Source: Glaucostegus cemiculus (taxonomy: Eukaryota). Taken from it: DNA of 64,000 nt. Each line of letters begins with the position of its first letter. Position 1 is the stretch's first letter. Below, in pieces: positions 25,843 through 38,110 of the stretch. The stretch lies in the NCBI GenBank assembly GCA_976551045.1, contig CDPCPM010000247.1, forward strand, positions 186,001 through 250,000, given 5' to 3'. Made by a program: the position numbers and the translations under genes. The notes below the pieces were generated by a model, which did no database searches, was not told the origin of the DNA, and was given only the letters and a program-made list of their open reading frames with translations.

Positions 25843-28743
25843 GGATATGTTCTTCAGTAATTGAAGATCAAACACTACAGATGCTAGCTACCTGAAATTT
25901 AAAAAAACACAGAAAATACTGGAAACAGTAGGTCAGGCAACATCCATGGAAAGAGAAATAGTGTTAACATTTCAGGTCAAAGATATTTCATTTCCTAATC
26001 TAGCTAATATTACTAACCCAAAATCAGTAACAGAGAAACAGTATCATGACCTCTTTTGAACTGTGTTCTAATACTGCAAAAATTTGGATTTTAAGGTTCC
26101 TTTCAGATACTTGAATGCTGAATTCTTATGAAATACTGAATTATTGCTATATATTTTTTTAATCAGAAGCATTCAGAAGGAGTTTGCCCATCTGGGTGAA
26201 GATGAAGAAAACAGGGTAGACCCTTCATCATCTGATCATGCCCAGTAGTTTCTCCCATGCAGCCCTCATCAGAACCAGCACAGCAGTAATTTCAATCAGC
26301 TTCAGGCTACCTTGAAAACATGAGGAGGAAGATGAGGTCATTCAGGAGAACTTGTTGACAGCAGCTCATGATTATCAACAATTGATTTCAATAAATTGGA
26401 CTCACAGTACACAGTTAGATTTGTTTTTCATGGTTTGCTCATCAAATCACTCAATACTGAGCTCTACTCCTCCAGTTAAGAAATCTCTGATCCCTTTGGG
26501 AAGCTGTTCATTCTTCATAGTAGGGGAAGACATCAGAAACTTCCAACAGAAAATCTCCAAACATATTCTCCAGAAATACTCTCAGAACTACTTCCTCTTC
26601 CTCCTTGATTACTGCATTCATAGCCAAGGCCATATGATCCCACTATTTTATTCCAGTATGATGCCAGAAGATGAGTGTGACTGGGTCCTTAGAACTGAGG
26701 TGGCAGTTGTTTAACTGAGGCCAATGTCCCAGGAAGGGCTGCTTTCAGCATGTGTTTGCAAAATGGCCTAAAGCTACTCCAGTGCTGGCATCAATGAGGT
26801 TTCCAAGGAGGAAACTAATGGACAACAAGATTTTTGGTTATCATGCCTGTTAGCCACTGATGTTAACCACCGGTTCTCTGGGCTCACAGACATTGAGGAA
26901 ACAGACTGAAAGGTCTTAGAAGCCCTGGAAGGTATAAGCATTTAATACAAAGGTTTGAGGAAAACATCAGTTCCAGTGGCTGACTGAAAATTAACTCCAC
27001 ACCTGCATGAATTTGCTGCTGCTGCATAATTTCCATTTGATGATCACTAAGCTGCTTTTCCCTGCATTTCTCTCCCCATTAGTGTTGTGCAATGTTATAT
27101 TCAAAGAGATAATAGCATGCTCTTCAATCAATTACCACTGTGAATGACCATATCAATTAATATCAATTGATGAATAATATCAATAAAACATACCAATTAA
27201 TAAAGATAATCAGGATAATATATTAGAAGGCTGGGAGGTCTCAGCATTGCTACTGACAACAGTTGTAAGTTCTGAAACTATAGTCCTGAATTTCCTTGTG
27301 CTTACTACTTTCTATGCTGATGCGATTTGCTGTAAACCTCAAAGTAACAGTGCTTATTAGACTGGATGATATCATGGTGAAAGTCTGTCTGTAATTTCAG
27401 TGATTTATCCAATTCAGATCTCGGAGATTAAAAGGGGATGTAGGACCAGAAAGAGTAACTGTATGGTGCTTGACATTTATAGACTGAATCATCTTGAAGG
27501 ACTGAGAAACTTGCATTCCTCAACTATGAATGGGAGGTAATGAAAGGCAAAAAAAATATCAAAATGAAAAAGATGTAAAAATGTACGAAAGATAAAACCA
27601 TAGCATTGTCTCAAGATAAACATTGACATTATAATAATGAAACCCAGATTCAAAGTGATGGGAAATAAACTCTAAAATTAGGAAATTTAAAAGTGGCTAA
27701 ATGTGGAATTATATTGCATTGGTACTAGAGATATCAAAAACTCTGGTTTCATTTAAGCACTAACACATTGTTATGAATCACAGTTTTCTTTAGATGGACA
27801 GGAAAGCCTTACTCATCTGCATTTTCCTTAAGATTCTGTCCAGTACCAGTGCCAAAGAATCTGGTGCTTGAGAGCTTTTCAGAAAGATGGACATTGAGCA
27901 AGTGTAAAATATTAAAAATGTAACAGCAAGAAATTAGATGCTTCCCCCCCCCCCCCCAGTGTTACATTTTCCAAAATTGCTGTTACCTGGAGTGAATCAG
28001 ATTAGCAATTGCTTCCAATGAAATTGCACCAATCTCAAAATTAGATCAGGCACTTCAGGTAACGTCAGCATGACTGATATTTTCCCAAGGTCTGTGCGCA
28101 AATTAATGAGAAAATAATGCTGTGCTGGACTCAGTGATCACTCAGGTAAAACAAAATGTGGGGCTAGATGCAACAGGCAACCCTGGGAGGATGGACAGAA
28201 ATGCACATGGTGAAAACCCTCTTCACTGCAACCTCCCTCTCCTCCTTGGAAGTCTGTGTGCAACTAGTGTCTGGCTATTCTTGAGATTCAAGGACTGATG
28301 ATTTCCCCCTTCCCCCAAGTGTTGTCCACAAGCCAGTGGAAACAATGTTACAGCAACGCTTCTCCCATTGGGATCCATGTAAGTTGCAAATCATGGCTCT
28401 TTCTGAAGAGGAAACCACATTAACACATATTTGTTCTTAACCAATTTGATGATCTCTTTGGGGGATCCAGTTTAGAGCTAGCAACCAGAAAAGGTGCAGT
28501 CCAACTTCAAGACAACAATATTTCAGTATTTCCCTTTACTTTTTATGGTTAATTTGTGAGTTATTACAATTACATCATAATTGTAATTTGTTACAATCTA
28601 TGACTTTTTTTTTTGAATGGGCAGCATTTTTGGAATCCCTGGAATCTTCTTCAATGAAAAACTGATTACAGAACAAGGCACAGAACTGAGCTTGATAACT
28701 GGGGGAGAAAAGCAAAACTGAAAATGTTTTCTTTTCCATGTAG

Positions 28744-28884
28744 CTACAGTGCCGGCAATATGTGCCAAATGGCCACCTTGCCTCCATCCACTGGAATGAA
28801 CATAATCAATTCATTCAAAGTCTGATTAAGGCACAGGACCCATCACAACCCACCACTTGGATTGGTCTTAGTGACTGCTATGAG
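28744..28884 (+). CDS. Coding exon 3, C-type lectin domain
   Basis: ttttctttttccatgtag|LQCRQYVPNGHLASIHWNEHNQFIQSLIKAQDPSQPTTWIGLSDCYE|gtaaag. 141 nt, phase 0-0, with HLASI and WIGL motifs. Confidence 0.95.
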
Positions 28885-29066
28885 GTAAAGTTCCCTCGCT
28901 TCTTATAGCCCTAATATTACTGTGTTATCACGTAGCCTCCTAAAATATTCATAGTGAATCCTATGCTTTTATTAAAGGTTATCATCCATTTGAAAATAAA
29001 CAGTTCACATTGCGTGCTTTTCACAAAAATAAGGACATGCAAATAATGATATACTTTTTCACATAG

Positions 29067-29178
29067 GAGGGTATTTTTCTGTGGAGTGATGGATCTATGC
29101 TAGATTTTACAAAATGGAACAATGACCAACCTGACAACGTAAAAGAAAATGAGAACTGTGTGAGCTTTAACTCTGGAG
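29067..29178 (+). CDS. Coding exon 4, C-type lectin domain with QPD motif
   Basis: ctttttcacatag|EGIFLWSDGSMLDFTKWNNDQPDNVKENENCVSFNSG+G|gtaggt. 112 nt, with WSDG, QPD and ENCV motifs. Confidence 0.95.
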
Positions 29179-30886
29179 GTAGGTTACCATTTTAGACTGC
29201 ATTTCAAAGGCAGCTTCACCCAAACTAATTCCAGCTATACTAGAGAACCTGACCGATAAACTAAAGCAATAAAGGCAACTTTCCAAGTAGGGCAATGGAG
29301 TGAGGAAGACTCAGAAGCAGCTGTGTTGTATGGGTTGACAGTTTGTCCATTGGGAACCGAGGTAGTATCTTGTCCAAAATAGATAGAGGAATATTCATAA
29401 AGAAAATTACTAAAGACCTCCTCAGTAATTTTGATACAAGTGTGCCATGTTATAGATTCCTCATTCAGAATACACCTGTCAGCTTACTATAGGCATAGCT
29501 TGGGACTGGTACTACTTTGTAGTGAATTTTCATCAGTCCCAGAAATAGCACAATAACATCAAAATCTGATCCTTTGACACAAACAGTGGGATCAGTTGAG
29601 GAACATAAAATTTGAGTAAACAAAAGATGGCCATATGGTTTATACCAGTTCAACCTGTATTGGAACATAAATAACTGACTCAGACTTGTATACTGCAGTT
29701 ACAAGATGTGGAGAGTGCATTTTCCTTCTGTTAAGGTAGCCAAGGTGACAAACTGAAACATACTGCTGACCTCTAGATCACAAGCATATGTCTGACCATA
29801 CCTAAAAGTAGATGTTCGGGATTGGGGTGTGCACTGCACAGAGTCATCTACATGAACACAGGGGTTTTTGGAAGTTTGAGCAGGCTGCTTCTTGTAGGCA
29901 AAAATCATATAGCTGCTGGAAAATGGAAATTAAACCAGAAAATCCTGGAAATGATCAGCTGATCAGGATCAGGCAACATTTGTAGTGACAGAAAAAGAAG
30001 AATATGTTCCAAAAGAACATATTTCTTTGGAGAATCTGACAACAAAGCTCCTCTTACTGTGGTTCTCAGGCACAAGCAACCTGAATGGTACAATGGAAAT
30101 CAAATCCTGGGAGGATGTATTGTGTATTGAGAGTGTGAGGGAGATCAGGAGATGGGATTCTGCATCATGGGGGATCTGCAACAAGGGCATTACAAGATAA
30201 GATAGACACGATATCTTTACAAGGCCCAGATTCTGGGTGGCACTGTTTATAGTTGTTACATAGCCAGTGCTGATTGGCTGGAGGTGGGAAAGGGAGGTAG
30301 TGCTGTCTTCTCTGAATCAGGGGTGTTGTCCTATCACACAGGGGTTTGGGAGGGGGCAGAGTGGCAGTACAGACTCTGATTGTCAGATGGAGCCTGGATC
30401 AGAGACTACTTTCCTAAGCTTCATCTTCTATCACCTTTCAATCAGCAACAATTAAACCTACTTCCAACTAAATAAGTGTTTTCTTGGAATAGTCACTTTG
30501 CGTCTACAACTATAGTCATACTTTCTGTAAAATATACTCCAGCCTGTTTCAAAGTATTCAGAAGATTCTATTCTTGGCCACATTTGTTGTCAGACCAGTA
30601 ATCTTCCCTTCCCTTTCCACAGACAGGGCTCATTTATTGCACTGCTAAAATGACCTATAAATCATGGACGTTTTCTTCCTGTGATGAAGGGAAGTTTTTG
30701 TTTATGTTGAAGGGCTCTTTTGGGAAATAGGAATCTTTGATCTGAATGTAAGGTATAAACTAATGCTCACACACACTATGAAATAGAGGAAAAACATATT
30801 AAATCATTTCACACATCAGTATGATTAAATGGTCAATAACAATCTGAAAGATTATTGTAGCTCAGCATAGTTCTTTTTTATTCCAG

Positions 30887-30960
30887 ATACTGAAGGCAGA
30901 TGGAATGATACAGACTGTACAGAAGATCTACCTTTCATCTGCACCTACAAGCTCGCCTAA
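30887..30960 (+). CDS. Terminal coding exon 5, C-type lectin domain with WND motif
   Basis: ttcttttttattccag|(D)TEGRWNDTDCTEDLPFICTYKLA-TAA. Phase matches exon 4. No transmembrane segment. Confidence 0.95.
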
Positions 30961-31074
30961 AGTCAACAAAATATAATGATACTCGGCAGGCCTTTAAAAA
31001 TGGGTTAATTATTTTGAATTACCTTGGAGTGATAGTGTTTGAGGTGATTGTAATGATTTAAGCCAGCAGTAAAT

Positions 31075-31080
31075 AATAAA
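31075..31080 (+). promoter_or_regulatory. Candidate polyadenylation signal of the lectin gene
   Basis: AATAAA about 115 nt after the stop codon; further AATAAA copies near 31400-31430. Confidence 0.4.
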
Positions 31081-32370
31081 ACCAAATGCAAAACAACTGA
31101 TTTGGTATTTTCTGTTGAATTCAAAATAGTCAGGATTCTTAAAATCACACAACATAATAGCACTGAAAAAGGGCTATTCAGTTTGTTGTGTTTCTGCTGC
31201 TTGATTGAAAGAGATATCAATTTTAATATTTCTATCTCGAGTTGTCCAGAACATGGCAATTAACCTTTGTCTACCTTTTTAGTGTATTAAGAATAATCTT
31301 GCCCTCTGGATTCCTGGTTTGAGTGCGCAGAAGCTGTTCTGTGCAGTTTATCCCTGTGTTATCACTCAAGAGGGTGCCTGCAGCAATATTATCCTCAATA
31401 ATAAACCCACAGAATATCATACTAATAAAATCAGACTCTAGCTATATGCAAGATACATAAAGTGGCCTGATAATGTGTTTATCAGGTTGTCTCTGAAGGT
31501 TTAGAAAATTGTTGGTTAAGTTCTTTTTCATTTACACAGATTCATAAAACTCTCTTCATTTATTATCAGCCAAGGCATTGGTACTAATGTGTTGCGAAAT
31601 GGATTAAAACTGGAAAAAGGAGCAGACAAGATGCCAATATTTACAACATCTCCAGGGCCTTTTATGTGAAAGGAGACCTTTACTTCACTCAAACATTTTA
31701 ATCAACCCCTTACCACGAGCCTCCGTCCTCGAGCTCCAGACTCTCCAGCCTGAGAAAGCCTACCAGCATTCAGCCTATCAATCCCTTTCAGAATCCACTA
31801 CATCTCAATGAGTTTACTTCATATTCTGTTAATCATTGAATACAGAACAATCTTCCTTAGTGTCTATTCATGGGACAGCTCCTTCATCCCAAGGATCAAT
31901 CCAGTGAATCTAAATTACACTGACTCCAAATGCACTGTCAGTTTAATGAAGCTAAAAGATTCTTCATCTGGAGTGAAGACAGATGCTGATGATGAACTCC
32001 ACAGCTCATCACAGCTGAATAAGCAGCCACCATTTTCCTGGTATCTGGGGGTTTACAGACTTTCCCAGTCTCTGTAACTTGTGTACATGGTTAGTTAAAA
32101 TAAGTCTATCGATCACACTTTGAAGACTTGCTGCATCCTTTCATTAAGGCATAACAATGATATTGCCATTTTCCCTAGAATCACTTCACAGAAAATAACC
32201 TCTGTAAACTGGCTATGATAATCTGATGCAAAGCTCTAAAGTTATACTAATTATACTATATTTTTTAAACTCTCTTATATCCAAAGCATCCATATGTAAC
32301 ACCTTTGCACTATTGCTCATTTAGTGTTTGTTCTTCCAAAATAACATTCCTTTTCTGCCTTGGCTTTTCT

Positions 32371-32662
32371 TTAAGATAAGATAGGATCTTTATTAGTCAC
32401 ACGTACATCAAAACACACAGTGAAATGCATTTTTTGCGTCGTGTTCTGGGGGGGGGGGGGGGCAGCCTGCAAAAGTGTTGCCATGCTTCTAGCGCCAACA
32501 TAGCATGCCCACAACTTCCTAACCTGTACGTCTTTGGAATGTGGGAGGAAACCGGAGCACCCAGAGGAAAGCCACACAGACACGGGGAGAATGTACAAAC
32601 TCCTTAGAGAGCAGCAGGAATTGAACCCAGGTCGCTGGCACTGTAAAGCGTTACACTAACCT
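32371..32662 (-). mobile_element. tRNA-derived V-SINE (HE1-like)
   Basis: Reverse complement contains a B-box-like gggttcaattcc and the V-domain ttctccccgtgtctgtgtgg..ggtgctccggtttcctcccacattccaaaga. Same family as 42850-43142. Confidence 0.85.
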
Positions 32663-35600
32663 CTAGTAGTTCCTTTAATGAGTTGTATTGATTGAGCATT
32701 TTTCTACAACTTTTTGATGTCTAGTCACTTGATTTCTTCCCCACAAATTCTGCATCTTAAAATTATATACTCTTTCTCTTTGGAATGCACAAGCACATTT
32801 TGCATACCTACAGTCACATAATTTTGAAGATAAAAATGCAAAAAAAAACTTCAACAGAAAGGAACATTTCTGATTTGAAAGTACTCATGGATTTTCCTTG
32901 ACTCAGTTTGAAATGCAATCTCACCCTTTTCTAAGAGGAGTCTACAGTTCAAATACACCATCATTCATCAATCTTAATCTACTTGGCATCACCCCGCTAC
33001 CAGAAGTGAGTTAAAACAAAAATTATTGTGTGTTCATCATTCTACCAGCAACACGATGACCTACCTTCCATCACTCGTTCTCATTATTAAGGAAGGTCAG
33101 GTAGTGTGATTCATCAAAGTCCACCAGAGCAGACAGGCATATCCACATCATTTTATTAACCAAAAAGAGATAACTTTTCCATTTAGAATTTAATTAGAGA
33201 TTAACCAAACACATATAAACTGAAAATTGAAGGTTTTTCAACCATCAATGCCCACAAAAGAATTCAGTGCCGAAGGAGAGAGCTGCTTGCCTTTTCATGA
33301 CCTCCAACTATTTCAGAAGTTGAAAGTACACTGGGTTGAATTGAGCTGGATTCAGCTTGCTGCCTGAACATACCTGGGTCAGATATGGAGGGTCAATGAG
33401 CTGTTCATCTGCAGCCTGGAGCTGGGCGGAAAAGCGTTTTCCATACATTTTTTTTCCCGATATTTCTCTGTAACATAACAGGTCATTTTGGCCCATCAAG
33501 TTCATGCCAGCTCAGCGAGCAATCCTATTCCTGCACTAATATGCCCTGCAACCTGTTCTCCCCACATTCCCATCAAATCTCCCCAGGATCTACCACTCAA
33601 TAAGTACTGTGGCCAACCAACAATGGCTAATGAACCTGCCAAACTTCAGTCCTAGTGGGAGGAAACCAGAGCACCCAAAGGAAAAACCACATAGTGCAGA
33701 ACAGGCAACTCCACGCAGACAGTAGTGGAAGTCAGATAATGAATAGTGAGACATCAGTGGTAAATAGGCCATAGAGGAGCGTACTGCTGAGACCCCACCC
33801 TTGGAATGTCCTGATTGCCTTTAACAGGAGCACTCAGGGAACAAAGCACCCTGTCGAAGCTGTCAAGTCATTGCAACAGATTGTTAATGTTTCTTCTATT
33901 CAGAGAAATTTAAAAGCTATTAACATTGCTTTGATTAATAATAAAATCACTAAAGAAATTAAAAGCAGCAAGGAAACAAATCTATTTCAATACATATTAA
34001 AACACTAAGGAATAACTACAAACTTTAAAATTTAAAAAAAATGATATTAGTTACCATTTTCTTTCTATTCAATGGATCAGGAATCCCTATCTAAATAAGT
34101 GGAGTCACTGCTCCTATGCCAGGCCTGGTCCACAAGGGATGGGAGAGAGAGATTTCCAGTATATTCCTGGTATGATCAGAGTCCACTGCTTTTTGTCCTA
34201 GACACACAGCAGATCTGTGATAATCAGGGACTTGTTTACCTGGGAGCACAAAATACTCTCAACTCTCTAGAAACATCCATTGTAGCCAGCTTGATTCAGT
34301 CTATTAGTTTAGTTAATCAGACATCAGAGACTGTATTGCGTAGAGCGACTTTTAGTGTTGCTATGCTAGGTTGATATGTGAATGAGACGGTGCAAGAATA
34401 AAATGTAAGCAAGAATAAAAGGGCTTTGGATGGCCTCACATTTATAAAGAATAGAAAGAGGGTGGCTGGACAAGAGTGTGCTAAATAGTCAGGTGTAGAA
34501 GGAATAAAGGCATGTATGAGGTTTCTGCTGCAGATGAGGTAGGGATGGGGTTAATAGATGTCTTGAAGATAGCTTATCTCAGAGTCAATTATGATAACAT
34601 GGTAATTGGGTATAAATGAAGGCATGGATAAGTGCTCCACAGCTTATGTCCAGCTGGTTTAGCTTCAGACTGTTGTCATGGAGAGGGATCTTCAAGAACA
34701 TTCACAGGAATGAACACTGTGGTATAGCTTCAAGCTGATAATTTAAAAACTAACACAGAATGTCTCCTTCACACTCAGCCATCCAACGTGACAGAAAGAA
34801 GAAAGGCATTAATTACTTGTTCACTGTGCAAAACCCTTGGGGTCAGTGAAAGCACCAGACAGCACAATAGCAGTTTCAGACATGCTGCGCAGCCAGTAAC
34901 AAAAAGTGTCATCAAAAGTTCAAACTTAACTTAATTCTCCAAAGCAACATCACAACTGTGGTGTCATGTTAATTGAAGTCAAAATAAATCCACATCTTTA
35001 ATACAAAATGTGTAAAGTACACAGACTTTCCCTCAAATCTTATTAATTTCTGGCAGCAGGATCTTAATTTGAAAGGAACATAAATGTAATAATAGGTTCA
35101 CAATCTCACAATTCCAGGGCTGTGAAATGGGGGGTGGGGGTGGTGGTTAAAGCTGCTGATATGCTTTAAGTTTCTTGCACAAAATGCATCTTTAGCCGCC
35201 TTACACTGGCTATCACATGGGGAATGATAAAGTTATGTATGAAGCTTGAGTGGGCCAGGAGTGTGTTGATAAGGCATGATGTCAACCCCTGTGTAACATG
35301 ATTTGACACTAGCAATACTGAATGTTAATGCTATGTACGCCAAATCATATGGAGAACCGAGTGTTTAGCAGCAAAAAGAACTCCCTTTCCTCTGTAACTT
35401 AAAGGGATCAGAGATTATTTACAGATTAGTTTGGTGATTGGTCTGAGAGTAGGCTGCAGAGAATTGTCAGTGTTTGCTTTTTGACTAATACCAGTGTTTG
35501 GAATGTCTTCGGGGAGTGTAACGTAGCTAAAGCTAGCGCTAACTCTTAATCTAACTTCATTGCTGCCAGACATAAGGGGTTGGCAACTACAGGTCTGCAG

Positions 35601-35749
35601 CATGAAATGAAAAATGATGACAAGGCTACCTGTTAAAAGGGGAAGGGGAGAAGAGCCCTCAGCAGTAGATGCCATGAGATTTCAGGAAAGAATTCCCCTC
35701 CATACACAAGTAGAAGTGTGTCTGCAGCCCCCTCCTCCCAAAGGATGCG

Positions 35750-37450
35750 ATCATAGTGTCATTCAGCACAGAAGCAAGTCCTTCAGGCCACCACACCCTT
35801 ACAGACCATCAGACTATCATACAGACTATCTATACTAATCCCTCTTGCCTGCATTAATCCCATATTGCTCCATGCCCTGCCCATTCAGCTATCTGTCCAG
35901 ATACCTCTTAAATGTAACTGTTTCTGCCTCCACCACCTCCTCTGACAGCTCATTCCAGATAACGACTACTCTTTCTATAAAACATTTACCCATCAGATCC
36001 CCTTTAAATCTCCTCACTCTCACCTTAAAACTATGCCCTCTAGTTTGAGGCACTTCTACCATGAGAAGCAGACTCTGGCTAACAACCCTACCAAGTTGCT
36101 CATTATTTTATATATTTCTATTATATCACCTCTTAGCCTCCTTTGCTCTAAGGAAAACAGACCCAGCCTATCTAATCTCTCCTTATAACTCAAACACTCC
36201 AAAACAAGCAACATCCTTGTAAATCTTTTCTGCACCCTCCATCGCTTAATCATGTCCGTCCACGTAGATGAGCTTCTACGCGACTGCTTTGAGTAGGTAG
36301 ACTGGTCCATGTTCAAAGACTCGGCAGCCAGCCTGGACGAGTACATCACCTCTGCCACGAACTTTATCAGCAAGTGTGTCGAGGACTGTGTACCAAAGAG
36401 GATAATCTGGATGTTCCCAACCAGAAACCAAGGATGAACTGGGAGATCTATGCCCTACTGTAGTCCGGGACTGCAACATTCAAATTAGTTGACCCTGATC
36501 TTTACAAGAATTGAGGTACAACCTCCGTAAGGCTATCAGGAACGCCAAGAGACAATGCCAGTCCAAAATAGAGTCCCACACCAATGTAATTCACCTACCA
36601 CCGAAACAGGTCTACAGCGGATGCCATCACCCTGGCCCTGAATCATCTCTGGAGCATCTGAACAGTACAGACACCTACATTAGACTATTGTTTATTGACT
36701 ACAGATCCACCTTCAATATAATAATTTCAAGCAAATTCATCTCCAAACTCCTAGACCTGGGACTCAGCACCTCCAAGTGCCACCTAACCAACATTTTGTA
36801 CAATTGTAACGTGACGTCTCTTGTAATCAATGCCTTGGCCAATGAAGGCAGCGTGCAATATGCCTTCTTCATCACCCTGTTTAACTGTGTATCCACTTTC
36901 AGGGAGCTATGTAATTGCACCCCTAGGTCCCTGCCATTCACTGTGTATGTCCTGGTTTAACTTCCCAAAATGCATCAGTTCACATTTGTCCGAGCTAAAT
37001 TCCATCTGCCATTCCTTTGCCCGCTTTTTCAGTTAATCAATATCCTGTTGTGACCTTATACCACCCATTTTGGCATCATCTCAAACTTACTAATCATGCC
37101 ACTTACATTCTGAACCAAATTTTTAATATACATGACAAACAACAGAAGACACAGCATCAATCACAACGGCACAGGTCTCAAATCTGAAAAACAACCTCCA
37201 CTGCCACTGTCTGCCCCCTATCACCAAGCCAATTTTGTATCCTGGATCTCATGTGTTTTAACCTTCTGGACCACCTTACCATGCAGGACCCCGTGAAAGG
37301 CCTTGCTAAAGTCCAGTGCATGTAGATAATGTCTACTACCCTGCCTTGTCAATCCTTTTGGTCACTTCTTGGAAAAACTCTTGTCAAATTCATGGCACAT
37401 GATCTCCCATGCACAAAGCCATGCTGACTATCTGTAGTCAGTCCTTGTCT
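35750..37450 (-). mobile_element. CR1 LINE 3' portion interrupted by a Rex1/Babar-like insert
   Basis: RVQKRFTRML..LFSLEQRRLRGDIIEIYKIM (to ~36243). The CR1 resumes at ~36772 with LQLYKMLVRWHLE and RDLGVQLHSSLKV. Confidence 0.85.
36250..36772 (+). mobile_element. Rex1/Babar-like LINE internal fragment
   Basis: LLRDCFE*VDWSMFKDSAASLDEY..FISKCVEDCVP and LEHLNSTDTYIRLLFIDYRSTFNII, which are Rex1-type RT motifs. Confidence 0.75.
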
Positions 37451-37814
37451 CTCAAAACGAATTGAGTAATGCCACATGGTTCAGACACAAATGCAGTTGC
37501 AAAGCATATCCAGAATTCTGAAGCTAGTGACAGTGAAGATAAACATTATGAATTTCTTCACCTCTGGCTCTTTCCAGACTAACACTGGGGAGTTCAACAC
37601 GTCTTACAAGTTGTAACCAGGGATGTTCAAGATCCATAAGGTATCGCATTGGCCAATATCAAGTCTCCAGGGTTTCATTCTGTGACAATCTGCTTTACGC
37701 TATATCGCAAACATTGCTGCCAGTCAAAAATGTAGCTGCTTGGCCCTTGCATTATTACCTACTGATCACCAAGTTCCTGACATCATTCTGAAACCTTCTA
37801 CTTGGACTCTTCCA

Positions 37815-38110
37815 GAGATGCAGTCAGCACTGTTGTTACACAGCATCAGTGACCCAGGTTTAAAACCGATCTCAAGTGCTGTCTGGAGTTTACTCTCTCT
37901 CTCTCCTGTGACTGTATGGGTTTCCCTGGGGTGCTCCACTTTCTTCCTGCATCCCACAGATGTGCTGGCAGGTTAACTGGCTACTGTAAATTACCCCTCA
38001 GCGTTGGTAAATGTCAAAAAAAATTCAAGGGGAGTTGTGTGAGAGAATATGTTGCAACACTTCCAGTAAATATAAAGAGCTGGAATGGTTTGATGGGATT
38101 ATTCTGAGCA
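37815..38110 (+). mobile_element. Older V-SINE copy
   Basis: Degenerate V-domain gtctggagttt..ctcctgtgactgtatgggtttccctggggtgctccactttcttcc. Confidence 0.7.
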
